The position numbers and the translations under genes were made by a program. A model generated the notes under the pieces. That model worked only from the letters and a program-made list of their open reading frames with translations. It made no database searches and had not been told where the DNA came from. A stretch of DNA of 24,749 nt, taken from a virus. Taxonomy: Duplodnaviria; Caudoviricetes. The number at the start of each line of letters is the position of its first letter. Within the stretch, counting starts at the first letter, position 1. Where the stretch lies: the IMG/VR virus record IMGVR_UViG_3300012667_000075, positions 1-24,749 of that record, one strand, 5' to 3'. Positions 16,779 to 24,139 of this stretch are shown piece after piece.

Positions 16779-18028
16779 TAGACAATCCATTTCGGTTTTT
16801 GGTTGATAGATTTACCCCATGATGAGCCAGATTCGTCTAGTCCAACAGCAAGGTAACGGAAAGCATCAGCAGCATGGGAGTGCTGATCGTGAAGGGGTTT
16901 ATTACTAAACATCCTTGTGTTTGGGTCTACGTCATAGCGGTAATGGCGTAAGTTTTGGAGTCCGTCAGCGCACCTGATTTCGTCAAAGAAGCACCTGTCC
17001 ATCAGCATACGGGCGGCATTGATACCGTCAGCAATAGACAGCTTTGGCGTAATTCTTACGGGTTTTCCCATGTCGTTAAGAATATCCTTGACCGATTTGC
17101 CTGTCATATTCTTATGCTCGGCATCGTGTGGGAGCCACCAATCCTTGTAGATGTAACCCTTATCCTGAAGCACTTGAGCGTAATGGTCAATCGGCTTTTG
17201 GCAGTTTTGGTAGAAGTCAACGACCCGAACCTCACCGCCTGCGATAACTTGGACAAACCAGATAGAAGTCATGTCTGCCCATCCTAAGTCCCAGAATGTC
17301 TGGACAGGGATAGCCTTATCAATAATCAGCTCACGAATCCGCTTGTCCTCTTGGGCCTTTCTCAACTCGTTAGCGTAGACAGCTCCATCAAGCATTTGAC
17401 GGGTGTTGCCTTCCCAGACATTGAGATAACTGTCCATATCCTTCTCACGGAGCGTTTCAAGCTCCTCGCGCAAGACTTCAGGAAACCAAGGGTTATCTGA
17501 CCAGTTGACTTTGTGGACTTGTGCGCTTGGTGGCGAGTTAAGAACAAACCGCTTGTAAGTTTCGTCAGTATCAAGGTCAGGGTTGAAAGTCACCCAAATC
17601 TCAGAGTTTGGCTTACGGATGGTAGGTATCAGTGTCTCCCAAGACACCTTAGACACAGCCTGACCTTCTTCAATCCAGCAAACATCAACACCTTCAAACG
17701 ACTTGATAGACGTTACGTTGTGCTTCAAACCAGCAAAGGAGAACTCTGAGCCGTTGATTCCGTAGATAGCTGTGCGCTGTACGTCAAAGAACGACTCAAG
17801 CCCCATAGCCTTGATTTGGTCATGGAGCAGGGCAATCACAGAGTCTGAAATCGAGTTTTGTAACTCACGGGCGCATAGAACCCTAGTAGGCTTTTGGACT
17901 GCGATAGCAATCAAAGCACGAGCAACACCCCACGATTTACCTGACCCCCTACCACCGTAAAGGATTTTGTATCGTGCTGGCTCAAACAAGAATCCCAGTT
18001 TTTCAGGGAAATCTAGTTCAAGATTCAT
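16778..18028 (-). CDS. terL: Terminase large subunit (PBSX/Terminase_3-type ATPase plus RNase H-like nuclease)
   Basis: Walker A YGGRGSGKS, Walker B CWIEEG, TFNP coupling motif, nuclease WDLG..D and H.ADAFRY. Start moved to ATG 18028 (MNLELDFPEKL). Confidence 0.95.
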   Translation of the reverse strand: MNLELDFPEKLGFLFEPARYKILYGGRGSGKSWGVARALIAIAVQKPTRVLCARELQNSISDSVIALLHDQIKAMGLESFFDVQRTAIYGINGSEFSFAGLKHNVTSIKSFEGVDVCWIEEGQAVSKVSWETLIPTIRKPNSEIWVTFNPDLDTDETYKRFVLNSPPSAQVHKVNWSDNPWFPEVLREELETLREKDMDSYLNVWEGNTRQMLDGAVYANELRKAQEDKRIRELIIDKAIPVQTFWDLGWADMTSIWFVQVIAGGEVRVVDFYQNCQKPIDHYAQVLQDKGYIYKDWWLPHDAEHKNMTGKSVKDILNDMGKPVRITPKLSIADGINAARMLMDRCFFDEIRCADGLQNLRHYRYDVDPNTRMFSNKPLHDQHSHAADAFRYLAVGLDESGSSWGKSINQKPKWIV

Positions 18029-18368
18029 TAGGTTTCTTGAGATTGATCGTGATGCCTGAGACTTGAACAGGGCCACCGTCTACGCCTGTCATCTCAGTAC
18101 GAGATAGCTTAGGAGCTGCGTACTCAGCTAACTTAGCCAACATATCTAAAGCTCGATATGGGTCAGGCTTACGGTCTTGAGTCACATCGCCTTTAGCAAC
18201 GTCTTCAAGCCAAATAGAGACGTTATCTGTGTTCTTGTCCAGTAGCTTCTGGATAGTCTCTCGGAACTCAATAGTGGTTCGATTAGGTACGCCCTTGGGC
18301 CTTCCTCGACCCTTCTGAGCTTCAAACCCAGAATTTTCTTCCCGTACTTTATTCATTTTGTTTACCAA
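18018..18368 (-). CDS. terS: Terminase small subunit (putative)
   Basis: GRPKGVPNRTT DNA-binding motif, EYAAPKLSRTEMTGVDGGPV C-terminus; directly upstream of and overlapping terL. Start may be ATG 18356. Confidence 0.75.
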   Translation of the reverse strand: MVNKMNKVREENSGFEAQKGRGRPKGVPNRTTIEFRETIQKLLDKNTDNVSIWLEDVAKGDVTQDRKPDPYRALDMLAKLAEYAAPKLSRTEMTGVDGGPVQVSGITINLKKPNES

Positions 18369-18402
18369 TTCCTTACGGCTCGTTGGTTTAGTTGATATGT
18401 GG

Positions 18403-19020
18403 TTAGTCTAGCAGACTTTGCTTTTTCTTATTCTTCTGCGGCATATCGCCAAGAAGGTTAATGTTTACTGGCCTACCAGCACCTTCAGGCAATTGCCTTC
18501 CAGCGTACTCACGAATAGAGCCATACACACCTAAATCAGATTCATCCTTACTTGTTTCCAATGGATTGAAGTTGTAAGTATCTGTAATTTTTATCTCGCC
18601 TGTCTTTGGGTCTTTTTGGTAGTTGAACTGACCAAGCGTTGTTTGCATTTGACCGTATGGCGTAAGAAGACTTTTCATGCCTTGGTTCTTTATCTCAGGG
18701 CGGCTGTCTTCTGGTTGGTCTTTCCACCAGTTGTAGTAATCAGAGTAAGCCACAGCGTTTGGATTGCTGAATCTTGAGCCTTCACCAAACTTCTTCTCAT
18801 AGTCTGAGTTCTTGGCTTCTTTATGCTCAATTAGGCTTTTTAGAAACTGTTGCTGTTCTGGCGTAATGTCTTTAGCTGTAAGTGGCTTATTTGATCCACT
18901 CATTGTTTCGTCAAGCACCCGAACAGGTGTCATCATCCCTTGAGGCATAAAATTGGAAAGTAGACCGCCAGCTTTAATAGCAGCAGCCACCAAAGGGTCG
19001 GTTACTCTCCAATCATCCAT
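18403..19020 (-). CDS. Hypothetical protein (205 aa)
   Basis: In-operon ORF between the methyltransferase and terS; motif TTLGQF...I.DTYNFN. Confidence 0.7.
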   Translation of the reverse strand: MDDWRVTDPLVAAAIKAGGLLSNFMPQGMMTPVRVLDETMSGSNKPLTAKDITPEQQQFLKSLIEHKEAKNSDYEKKFGEGSRFSNPNAVAYSDYYNWWKDQPEDSRPEIKNQGMKSLLTPYGQMQTTLGQFNYQKDPKTGEIKITDTYNFNPLETSKDESDLGVYGSIREYAGRQLPEGAGRPVNINLLGDMPQKNKKKQSLLD

Positions 19021-19022
19021 GA

Positions 19023-19655
19023 TTAGCTCAACTTTTCAACTGGGATAAAGACGTTATCTGACCACACTCTTTCAGCAAAGAAGTAGCCCATTCGTTGAAT
19101 CATTATAGCGATTTCAGCGTCATTCATGCCGTTTTTGGCGAGCTTCTTCTGCTCAATAATGATGATCGGGCGTGAACGCATGATGGTATTGCGAGCGCCA
19201 CGGATAGCGTTTTCCTCAAAGCCTTCCACATCCAACTGGATAAGGTCAGGGTTTAAGTTCAGACTATCAATGGTCATCATCGGGATGCCTTCATCAGCTT
19301 CCTCAATCTGTAAGGCTCCGTAATTTTTGTCACCGTCACCGTCTACTGACTTGCAGAAACCCTCTTTGTCAGACAGTCCAGCCTTGTAGATCGTGACGTT
19401 TTGCTCGTCTACGTTGCGCTTGAAGCACTCAAAGTTAATGTCGTTTGGCTCAAAAGTCACGACTTCTTTGAAAAGAGGCGAGTAAATCTTTGACCACACA
19501 CCGCAGTTGCCACCAGCATGAATGACTAGATTGCGCTCTGGAACCCACTTAACCAAGTCAGGGATGGCAGCGATTTCAATAGGAATCCACTTCCAAGCCT
19601 CTACGTCTTCTTTAGGCCACCACCAACCATCACGTTGTTCAATTACGCTTTCCAT
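19023..19655 (-). CDS. FkbM-family SAM-dependent methyltransferase
   Basis: Motif I VIHAGGNCGVWS, VVTFEP, IDSL, LIQLDVEGFE..AI.GA..TI...RPIIIIE. Confidence 0.9.
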   Translation of the reverse strand: MESVIEQRDGWWWPKEDVEAWKWIPIEIAAIPDLVKWVPERNLVIHAGGNCGVWSKIYSPLFKEVVTFEPNDINFECFKRNVDEQNVTIYKAGLSDKEGFCKSVDGDGDKNYGALQIEEADEGIPMMTIDSLNLNPDLIQLDVEGFEENAIRGARNTIMRSRPIIIIEQKKLAKNGMNDAEIAIMIQRMGYFFAERVWSDNVFIPVEKLS

Positions 19656-20275
19656 TTTTCAGCCCTTTCATAGCCGTTAGTGCTTCCCCAGAATTGAGTA
19701 GCGAAACAATGCCCGTTGCCTTCGTACTTATAGCCAGAGAAGTGATCTCTTGTGAAATAGTGAGAAGGGTAAACAGTTAATGGGTACTCGGTCTGGTTGT
19801 AGACCTCTGTGATGTGCATTGGCCCTGTTTCAATCCAAGCCCGTTGTTTAGTAACGGAATCCTTGGAGCGTAGGCGCTCGATACATTCACCGAAAAATGG
19901 GTTGTTTGGCGTAGATGCCATGACGCTGACGTTAATCAGCCCAGGTCTACGGGTTTCCTGTTCCCAATGAGCAAAAGCATCGGGTTTAAGCAACCAATCA
20001 TCTAACGGCGCAAGGCAGACAGAATCAGCGTCTAGCGTAATGCCGCCTTCGTTGTAAAGGATTTCATAGCGCATCAGGTCTGCAACACCACACAGCTCAT
20101 GTTGAGCCATTTCCTTGATGTGCTTGGCATTGAACCACTTGGTTGACTTTAAATCGTCATTGCCCCAAATCCGAACCTCGTAGTCAGGATTTAAGGCTTT
20201 CCAAGTGTCAATACAGTGGTCTGGGCGTTTGGATTCATCTCCAACCCAGACAAAGTGAAGTTTTTTAGAAATCAC
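19643..20275 (-). CDS. Glycosyltransferase family 32 (OCH1/DXD sugar-binding type)
   Basis: ISKKLHFVWVG, TWKALNPDYE..IW, ADLMRYEILYNEGGITLDAD (DXD), TGP motif; GTG start overlaps the upstream TGA. Confidence 0.9.
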   Translation of the reverse strand: MISKKLHFVWVGDESKRPDHCIDTWKALNPDYEVRIWGNDDLKSTKWFNAKHIKEMAQHELCGVADLMRYEILYNEGGITLDADSVCLAPLDDWLLKPDAFAHWEQETRRPGLINVSVMASTPNNPFFGECIERLRSKDSVTKQRAWIETGPMHITEVYNQTEYPLTVYPSHYFTRDHFSGYKYEGNGHCFATQFWGSTNGYERAEKWKA

Positions 20276-20424
20276 TTTTTCTTTTTGGCAACGCTTAAAG
20301 CAATGGCTAGACCCTGCTTTGGATTGGTGACAACCTTGCCACCCTTGCCAGAGTGGAGTTTGCCAGCTTTGTATTCATCCATGACTTTGCCAACTTTCTT
20401 GGCTTGTGGCTTACTCATCTTCAT
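20272..20424 (-). CDS. Small basic protein, DUF6496-like (not in ORF track)
   Basis: Hand translation: MKMSKPQAKKVGKVMDEYKAGKLHSGKGGKVVTNPKQGLAIALSVAKKKK*; fills the gap and overlaps both neighbours (GTGA at 20272-20275). Confidence 0.8.
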   Translation of the reverse strand: MKMSKPQAKKVGKVMDEYKAGKLHSGKGGKVVTNPKQGLAIALSVAKKKK

Positions 20425-20839
20425 ATTCAGCCTCTTTCATCACTGGGGCTTTTTCCCATGCTTTACAGGTACGAGCGTGATGGCAAATGAACTCAAACTT
20501 GTTGCAGTAACCACGACCACCACCGTCTTTGTCAAACTCGTCTTGTGGCACGACTTCCATTGCTTCCAATGTTTCAGGTTGGTCGTCAAAGTATTCGCAA
20601 TTAGCGCACAGACGGCGTTTTGCTTGGTCAGGAGATGTACGCCAGACATTAGCAAGACCGCGCCAATATTCGCTGTTTGGAGCGTCAACCTTGACAGGAC
20701 CGAGCATCTGAGTCTCAACCAAGGTATCGCGTGTTTTTTTGTTTGATTCTGCGGTCAAGCCTTCGATAACGGGCTTCTCAGCCTCGATTTCTTCGATTTC
20801 AATCTTGATTTCAGCAGCGGGGGCGAGCAATCCAGCCAT
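20411..20839 (-). CDS. Acidic Cys-rich protein (putative metal or Fe-S binding)
   Basis: CANCEYF...GYCNKFEFICHHARTCKAW; GAAAGG SD. Confidence 0.75.
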   Translation of the reverse strand: MAGLLAPAAEIKIEIEEIEAEKPVIEGLTAESNKKTRDTLVETQMLGPVKVDAPNSEYWRGLANVWRTSPDQAKRRLCANCEYFDDQPETLEAMEVVPQDEFDKDGGGRGYCNKFEFICHHARTCKAWEKAPVMKEAEYEDE

Positions 20840-20850
20840 AAAAGCCTTTC

Positions 20851-20875
20851 AAAAAGAAGGCAGACGAACTGCCTT
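20851..20875 (-). terminator. Rho-independent terminator downstream of the HNH gene
   Basis: Minus strand AAGGCAG-TTCGT-CTGCCTT-CTTTTT. Confidence 0.7.
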
Positions 20876-20918
20876 TAAGACCTAATCGCCATGAACAAAC
20901 GAGTAGGCAACTGATAGT

Positions 20919-21515
20919 TTATTGTATCTCTTTTGGGTAAATGTAGCGAAAAGAACATTGATCTTTTGGCGGGTAATAAGTTCCTTTTGCAATTCTTCCT
21001 TTGCACCATGCAATGATGCTACAAGGCGTTACATTTAACGATTTTGCAGCCTCTATTGAAGTTGCATATTCAACACCATTCACAATCCAGACGCGACTTA
21101 TGCTTCTGTTGTTCATGTTTGTTTTTGGGTCTACCCATCTGCAATTTTCTTTGAAATAGCCTTTTGTGTTATCTATCCTGTCAATTTGATAGCCATCAGG
21201 ACAATCCCCCATATCTTTGTAAAACTGGCGAAAATTTCCGCGCCATTCATCACAGACAAACAAGCCTTTTGCGCCATAGTCCTTGTATCGCTTATTTTTT
21301 GGGTTATGGCATCTAGCCATCATGTTTGCAAAAGATGTTTGCTCACGAGAATTAGACTTCCAAGTTCTCCAATGACAACCGCAAGACTTCATATTTCCAG
21401 TGTTGAAATGTCCAACTTTTAAGATTTTTTCATTTCCACAATCACATAAACATCTGTATCTACTTTGAGGCAGCTTCTCAACAACCTCAAGCATCTCAAC
21501 TCTTTTACCTATCAT
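20919..21515 (-). CDS. Free-standing HNH-type homing endonuclease with probable C-terminal helix-turn-helix
   Basis: CLCDCG...KSCGC, MMARC.NP....Y.DYG..G..VC.EW...F..FY.DMG..P....IDRIDN.KGY..ENCRW....NMNN; C-terminal SIEAAKSLNV....I..WC. Start likely ATG 21515 after GAGGTG (track uses GTG 21521). Confidence 0.85.
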   Translation of the reverse strand: MIGKRVEMLEVVEKLPQSRYRCLCDCGNEKILKVGHFNTGNMKSCGCHWRTWKSNSREQTSFANMMARCHNPKNKRYKDYGAKGLFVCDEWRGNFRQFYKDMGDCPDGYQIDRIDNTKGYFKENCRWVDPKTNMNNRSISRVWIVNGVEYATSIEAAKSLNVTPCSIIAWCKGRIAKGTYYPPKDQCSFRYIYPKEIQ

Positions 21516-21545
21516 ATCCACCTCTGTGTATTAGTTGCATACACA

Positions 21546-21574
21546 ATTATGGATATTCATTCTTTATCTGTCAA
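21546..21574 (-). promoter_or_regulatory. Sigma70-type promoter
   Basis: Minus strand TTGACA (21574-21569), 17-nt spacer, CATAAT (21551-21546). Confidence 0.75.
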
Positions 21575-21877
21575 CTCTTTAGGCCATTTACCACTATTTT
21601 TTAACCGATTGACAGTTTTTTGATAGGCTTCATTCCACACATCAACTCTTTGCTGCTTTGTAAGGTTTGAGCCTTGGTCAATCTCATAATGATGCTCAAT
21701 ACAAATTGCAGCCGTGAACTCGTCAGACGAACGAATAGACCGCCCTTTGCCATGTATAGCTTGGTTTGAATGGGATGCCTGAGTTTTGCCTTCAACATAG
21801 CAAATCTGGCAAGGCAAGTCTGCCACGTTCTTTAGGTGTGATTTGCTTCTGAAGTAGTTGAACTTGGGAATCATCAT
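21557..21877 (-). CDS. Zn-binding HNH-fold nuclease-like protein (DUF968/DUF1364/Ref-like)
   Basis: RS..HL..VA.LPCQIC......QASH.....GKG......D....AIC..HH..ID.G pattern. Confidence 0.7.
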   Translation of the reverse strand: MMIPKFNYFRSKSHLKNVADLPCQICYVEGKTQASHSNQAIHGKGRSIRSSDEFTAAICIEHHYEIDQGSNLTKQQRVDVWNEAYQKTVNRLKNSGKWPKELTDKE

Positions 21878-22344
21878 GCTGGTATAGCCTCAATTTTTCG
21901 CATCTTGTTGCCTTTGAACTCTTTTTCAATGTCCACAAGAGCCAGTTCCAAAGTCCTGACAGAGCAGTTTCTAAGTTGTTCATCGTGCAATTCAACGATG
22001 GTTTGAACGGCTTTTATCTCCTCACCAGTAAACAAGAAAGGTTTTCCGCTGACTCCACGTTGAGCCATGTGGTAAATCGCATCCTGAGCTTCTCTAATTT
22101 CCTCTAGCCAATCACGACCAAGCTGGCGCTTTGCCAAGGCTTCTGCCATGTTAACCATTGAGATCAAGTTATCCACATGGTGCGTGTCGCCTCGACCTTC
22201 ACGAACCTCGTCAAACGAAACGTGATTCTTGAGCATTAGCTTAGTTCCTGCGTCTGGCACTTCAGCGACCTTCTTGAAGCCTGAGATAACCCAAGTCAAA
22301 GCATCCATGCGAACGCCTTTTGGCTTGTACTTCTTGCGCGTCAT
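21874..22344 (-). CDS. Hypothetical phage protein (156 aa)
   Basis: ATGA-coupled on both sides; basic N-terminus RKKYKPK, helical, LHDEQL motif. Confidence 0.7.
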   Translation of the reverse strand: MTRKKYKPKGVRMDALTWVISGFKKVAEVPDAGTKLMLKNHVSFDEVREGRGDTHHVDNLISMVNMAEALAKRQLGRDWLEEIREAQDAIYHMAQRGVSGKPFLFTGEEIKAVQTIVELHDEQLRNCSVRTLELALVDIEKEFKGNKMRKIEAIPA

Positions 22345-22526
22345 GCTTCACCTCTTGCGTGTTCAATTAGTTCAATGGCAATTTGGTACAGCACTTTGTA
22401 GGCTTCTGCGCCCATCTCCCATGCGCCACGGTCATCAAGCATCTGGTCAAGCTGCTTCTGAGCTTCCATTCGGGTGTCTTCAACGATAAGAGCAGCGCTC
22501 TCGGCTTCGGTTGCGTATTCACTCAT
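22341..22526 (-). CDS. Hypothetical protein (61 aa)
   Basis: ATGA overlaps on both sides; acidic and helical. Confidence 0.65.
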   Translation of the reverse strand: MSEYATEAESAALIVEDTRMEAQKQLDQMLDDRGAWEMGAEAYKVLYQIAIELIEHARGEA

Positions 22527-22936
22527 GCTGTTTCCTTCAATTCAATTCCGTTTTCAGCGCACCACGCAAGCAAGAATTCAACAAACTCGCTGGCTTGCTC
22601 TTTGGTGAACTTGCGGGTCTGTTGTCCTAACTGAACCACGCCCGTCATGTCTAGGCTTGGAACAATCCTGCCAGCATCAATCTGTTTGTCCTTGCAAAAC
22701 TGCCACACAAGTAAACGCTTCCAGCTTTCAGCATCCCATTTAGCACCCATGTGTTGCGCTTGCTTGGCAATGTCACCAATGATGGCGTGATACTTTTCTT
22801 CTTGCTCACGGCTTTTGCTTGCGTCTTTGACTTCTAGCGTCAGCTTACGCCCTGCCGCCAATGCCGCCTTGACCTTGGGCCAAAGGTTGTGCATCAAAGC
22901 ACTAGCCTGTTGTTGGTCTATCAGGTCGTATCTCAT
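22523..22936 (-). CDS. ninB: NinB/Orf-family recombination protein
   Basis: S.EQ..KYHA.IGDIAKQ, W..E.WK.LL, VPSLD..GVV.LG..T.K.TK...SE.VE...AW.AE.G. Confidence 0.85.
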   Translation of the reverse strand: MRYDLIDQQQASALMHNLWPKVKAALAAGRKLTLEVKDASKSREQEEKYHAIIGDIAKQAQHMGAKWDAESWKRLLVWQFCKDKQIDAGRIVPSLDMTGVVQLGQQTRKFTKEQASEFVEFLLAWCAENGIELKETA

Positions 22937-23148
22937 CGGCTCTCAAACTCAATCAGCATATCAATGTAGTGCTTGGCTTTTTCAAGGTCAGCAATGCCAC
23001 CCTTGTCGCGCCAACGGCTAACGTACTTGACCACGTTACCCTCAAAGAATCCAATGTCGTTCATGTAGATGAACTCTGCTGGCTGAATTGGCATCTCTTT
23101 GTAGTGAGTTCCGCCTACTTGTATTTTTAATGAAGATTTGCGTGTCAT
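22933..23148 (-). CDS. DUF3310 family protein (T7 gp1.7 nucleotide kinase-like)
   Basis: QVGG.HY....IQP.EFI......F.EGNVVKYVSRW..KGG..DL.KA.HY. Confidence 0.9.
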   Translation of the reverse strand: MTRKSSLKIQVGGTHYKEMPIQPAEFIYMNDIGFFEGNVVKYVSRWRDKGGIADLEKAKHYIDMLIEFESR

Positions 23149-23408
23149 ATAACTCCAATCATTCGTAAAGCCTGTTCAGCGCCTTCAATACGCTCCAAGC
23201 GACCACCAACCCACTTTGCAAAGAACTCTTGTTGTAGCTTCGTTAAAGCCTTTTTAGGGCCACTCTTTACTTCAACCAAGTATGTTTGCCCGTTGTAGCC
23301 AACCAGTAAGTCCACTGGCAAGCCAATAATCCAGACGTAAGCACCAGCAGCGCGTAAAGCAGAAACGATTTGCTCTTGCGTAGCATCAACCCTAGCCGCA
23401 TATCTCAT
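23145..23408 (-). CDS. VRR-NUC-like PD-(D/E)XK nuclease (possible Holliday junction resolvase)
   Basis: ARVD..Q..IV.ALR..GA.V, PVDLLVGY.G...LVEVK, LT..Q..F...W.G. Confidence 0.8.
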   Translation of the reverse strand: MRYAARVDATQEQIVSALRAAGAYVWIIGLPVDLLVGYNGQTYLVEVKSGPKKALTKLQQEFFAKWVGGRLERIEGAEQALRMIGVI

Positions 23409-23560
23409 TGAAGCTCCATTGGAAGCTCAACGACAGGCAAAGCCAACATAGTCTCTTTGGCGTATTCAAAGCCAAGGTCGTATGCGTTTGACATAGCTGT
23501 TACTGTGTTTTCATCGCAACCTACTCCACGCAACATTGCGATCATGTCATCTTTGCTCAT
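23405..23560 (-). CDS. Hypothetical protein, 51 aa (not in ORF track)
   Basis: Hand translation MSKDDMIAMLRGVGCDENTVTAMSNAYDLGFEYAKETMLALPVVELPMELQ*; stop overlaps the next start (ATGA); AAGGTGA SD. Confidence 0.7.
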   Translation of the reverse strand: MSKDDMIAMLRGVGCDENTVTAMSNAYDLGFEYAKETMLALPVVELPMELQ

Positions 23561-23714
23561 TTACCATCACCTTTAAAGTAGTTTGAAATTGGTTTTTAAT
23601 CAAATCGCTTTTCAGCATTTCAAGAACGCCAACAGCAAATGTTGTAGTGACTTTGCCATCGTACTTAATCAGCACATCAAACAAGTCAGCCATTAGATTT
23701 TCTTCATTTGTCAT
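23547..23714 (-). CDS. Hypothetical protein, 55 aa (not in ORF track)
   Basis: Hand translation MTNEENLMADLFDVLIKYDGKVTTTFAVGVLEMLKSDLIKNQFQTTLKVMVNEQR*; ATGA overlap with upstream stop, AAGGAG SD. Confidence 0.7.
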   Translation of the reverse strand: MTNEENLMADLFDVLIKYDGKVTTTFAVGVLEMLKSDLIKNQFQTTLKVMVNEQR

Positions 23715-24121
23715 GTGTTCTTCTCCTTGAGTTTGGCTTCAACGCCTTTGATGAAATCAACTTTGTTAAATTGACCAATGAAAGTGCAGCACAATTCATT
23801 TACATCTTTTTCCTTCAGCCCAACCCATGTGCGTTGTTGTGGTGTGGTGTATTGCTGTGCAAAGTCAGCCATCCAGCATGGAATGTCGTTTGCTAAAGGA
23901 GTGCCGTCAATAAATCGTTTGTATAAAAACTTGTCTTTGACAATCTGTTCCGCATCTTTTAGAAAATCAACCCACGCCACAGGCTCACCCTGCTCTTGCT
24001 TGGCTAGTGCTTCTTCTAAGGCTTTGATGGCTCTCAAAACTTCTTGTCTATCTTTTGCTAACGGTGTGGTTGCAACCTGAAACGCCTCAAGCGCCAGCTT
24101 CATTGCTTCAATGTGTGTCAT
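23711..24121 (-). CDS. Hypothetical protein with modular EPVAW / YT.P..R.WVGL segments
   Basis: EAMKLALEA, AKQEQGEPVAW, YTTPQQRTWVGL, EAKLKEKNT; AAGGA SD. Confidence 0.75.
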   Translation of the reverse strand: MTHIEAMKLALEAFQVATTPLAKDRQEVLRAIKALEEALAKQEQGEPVAWVDFLKDAEQIVKDKFLYKRFIDGTPLANDIPCWMADFAQQYTTPQQRTWVGLKEKDVNELCCTFIGQFNKVDFIKGVEAKLKEKNT

Positions 24122-24139
24122 TAGGTTTCCTTTTCTTTT

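Noticed and set aside
19023-20275. GT/MT pair as a classical gtrABC serotype-conversion cassette
   Set aside because: No membrane flippase or polytopic transferase, and the genes sit in the late operon rather than in a separately promoted lysogenic unit.
20919-21515. HNH gene as part of a group I intron or intein
   Set aside because: Flanking genes are complete and unrelated, and the flanks are too short for a ribozyme core.
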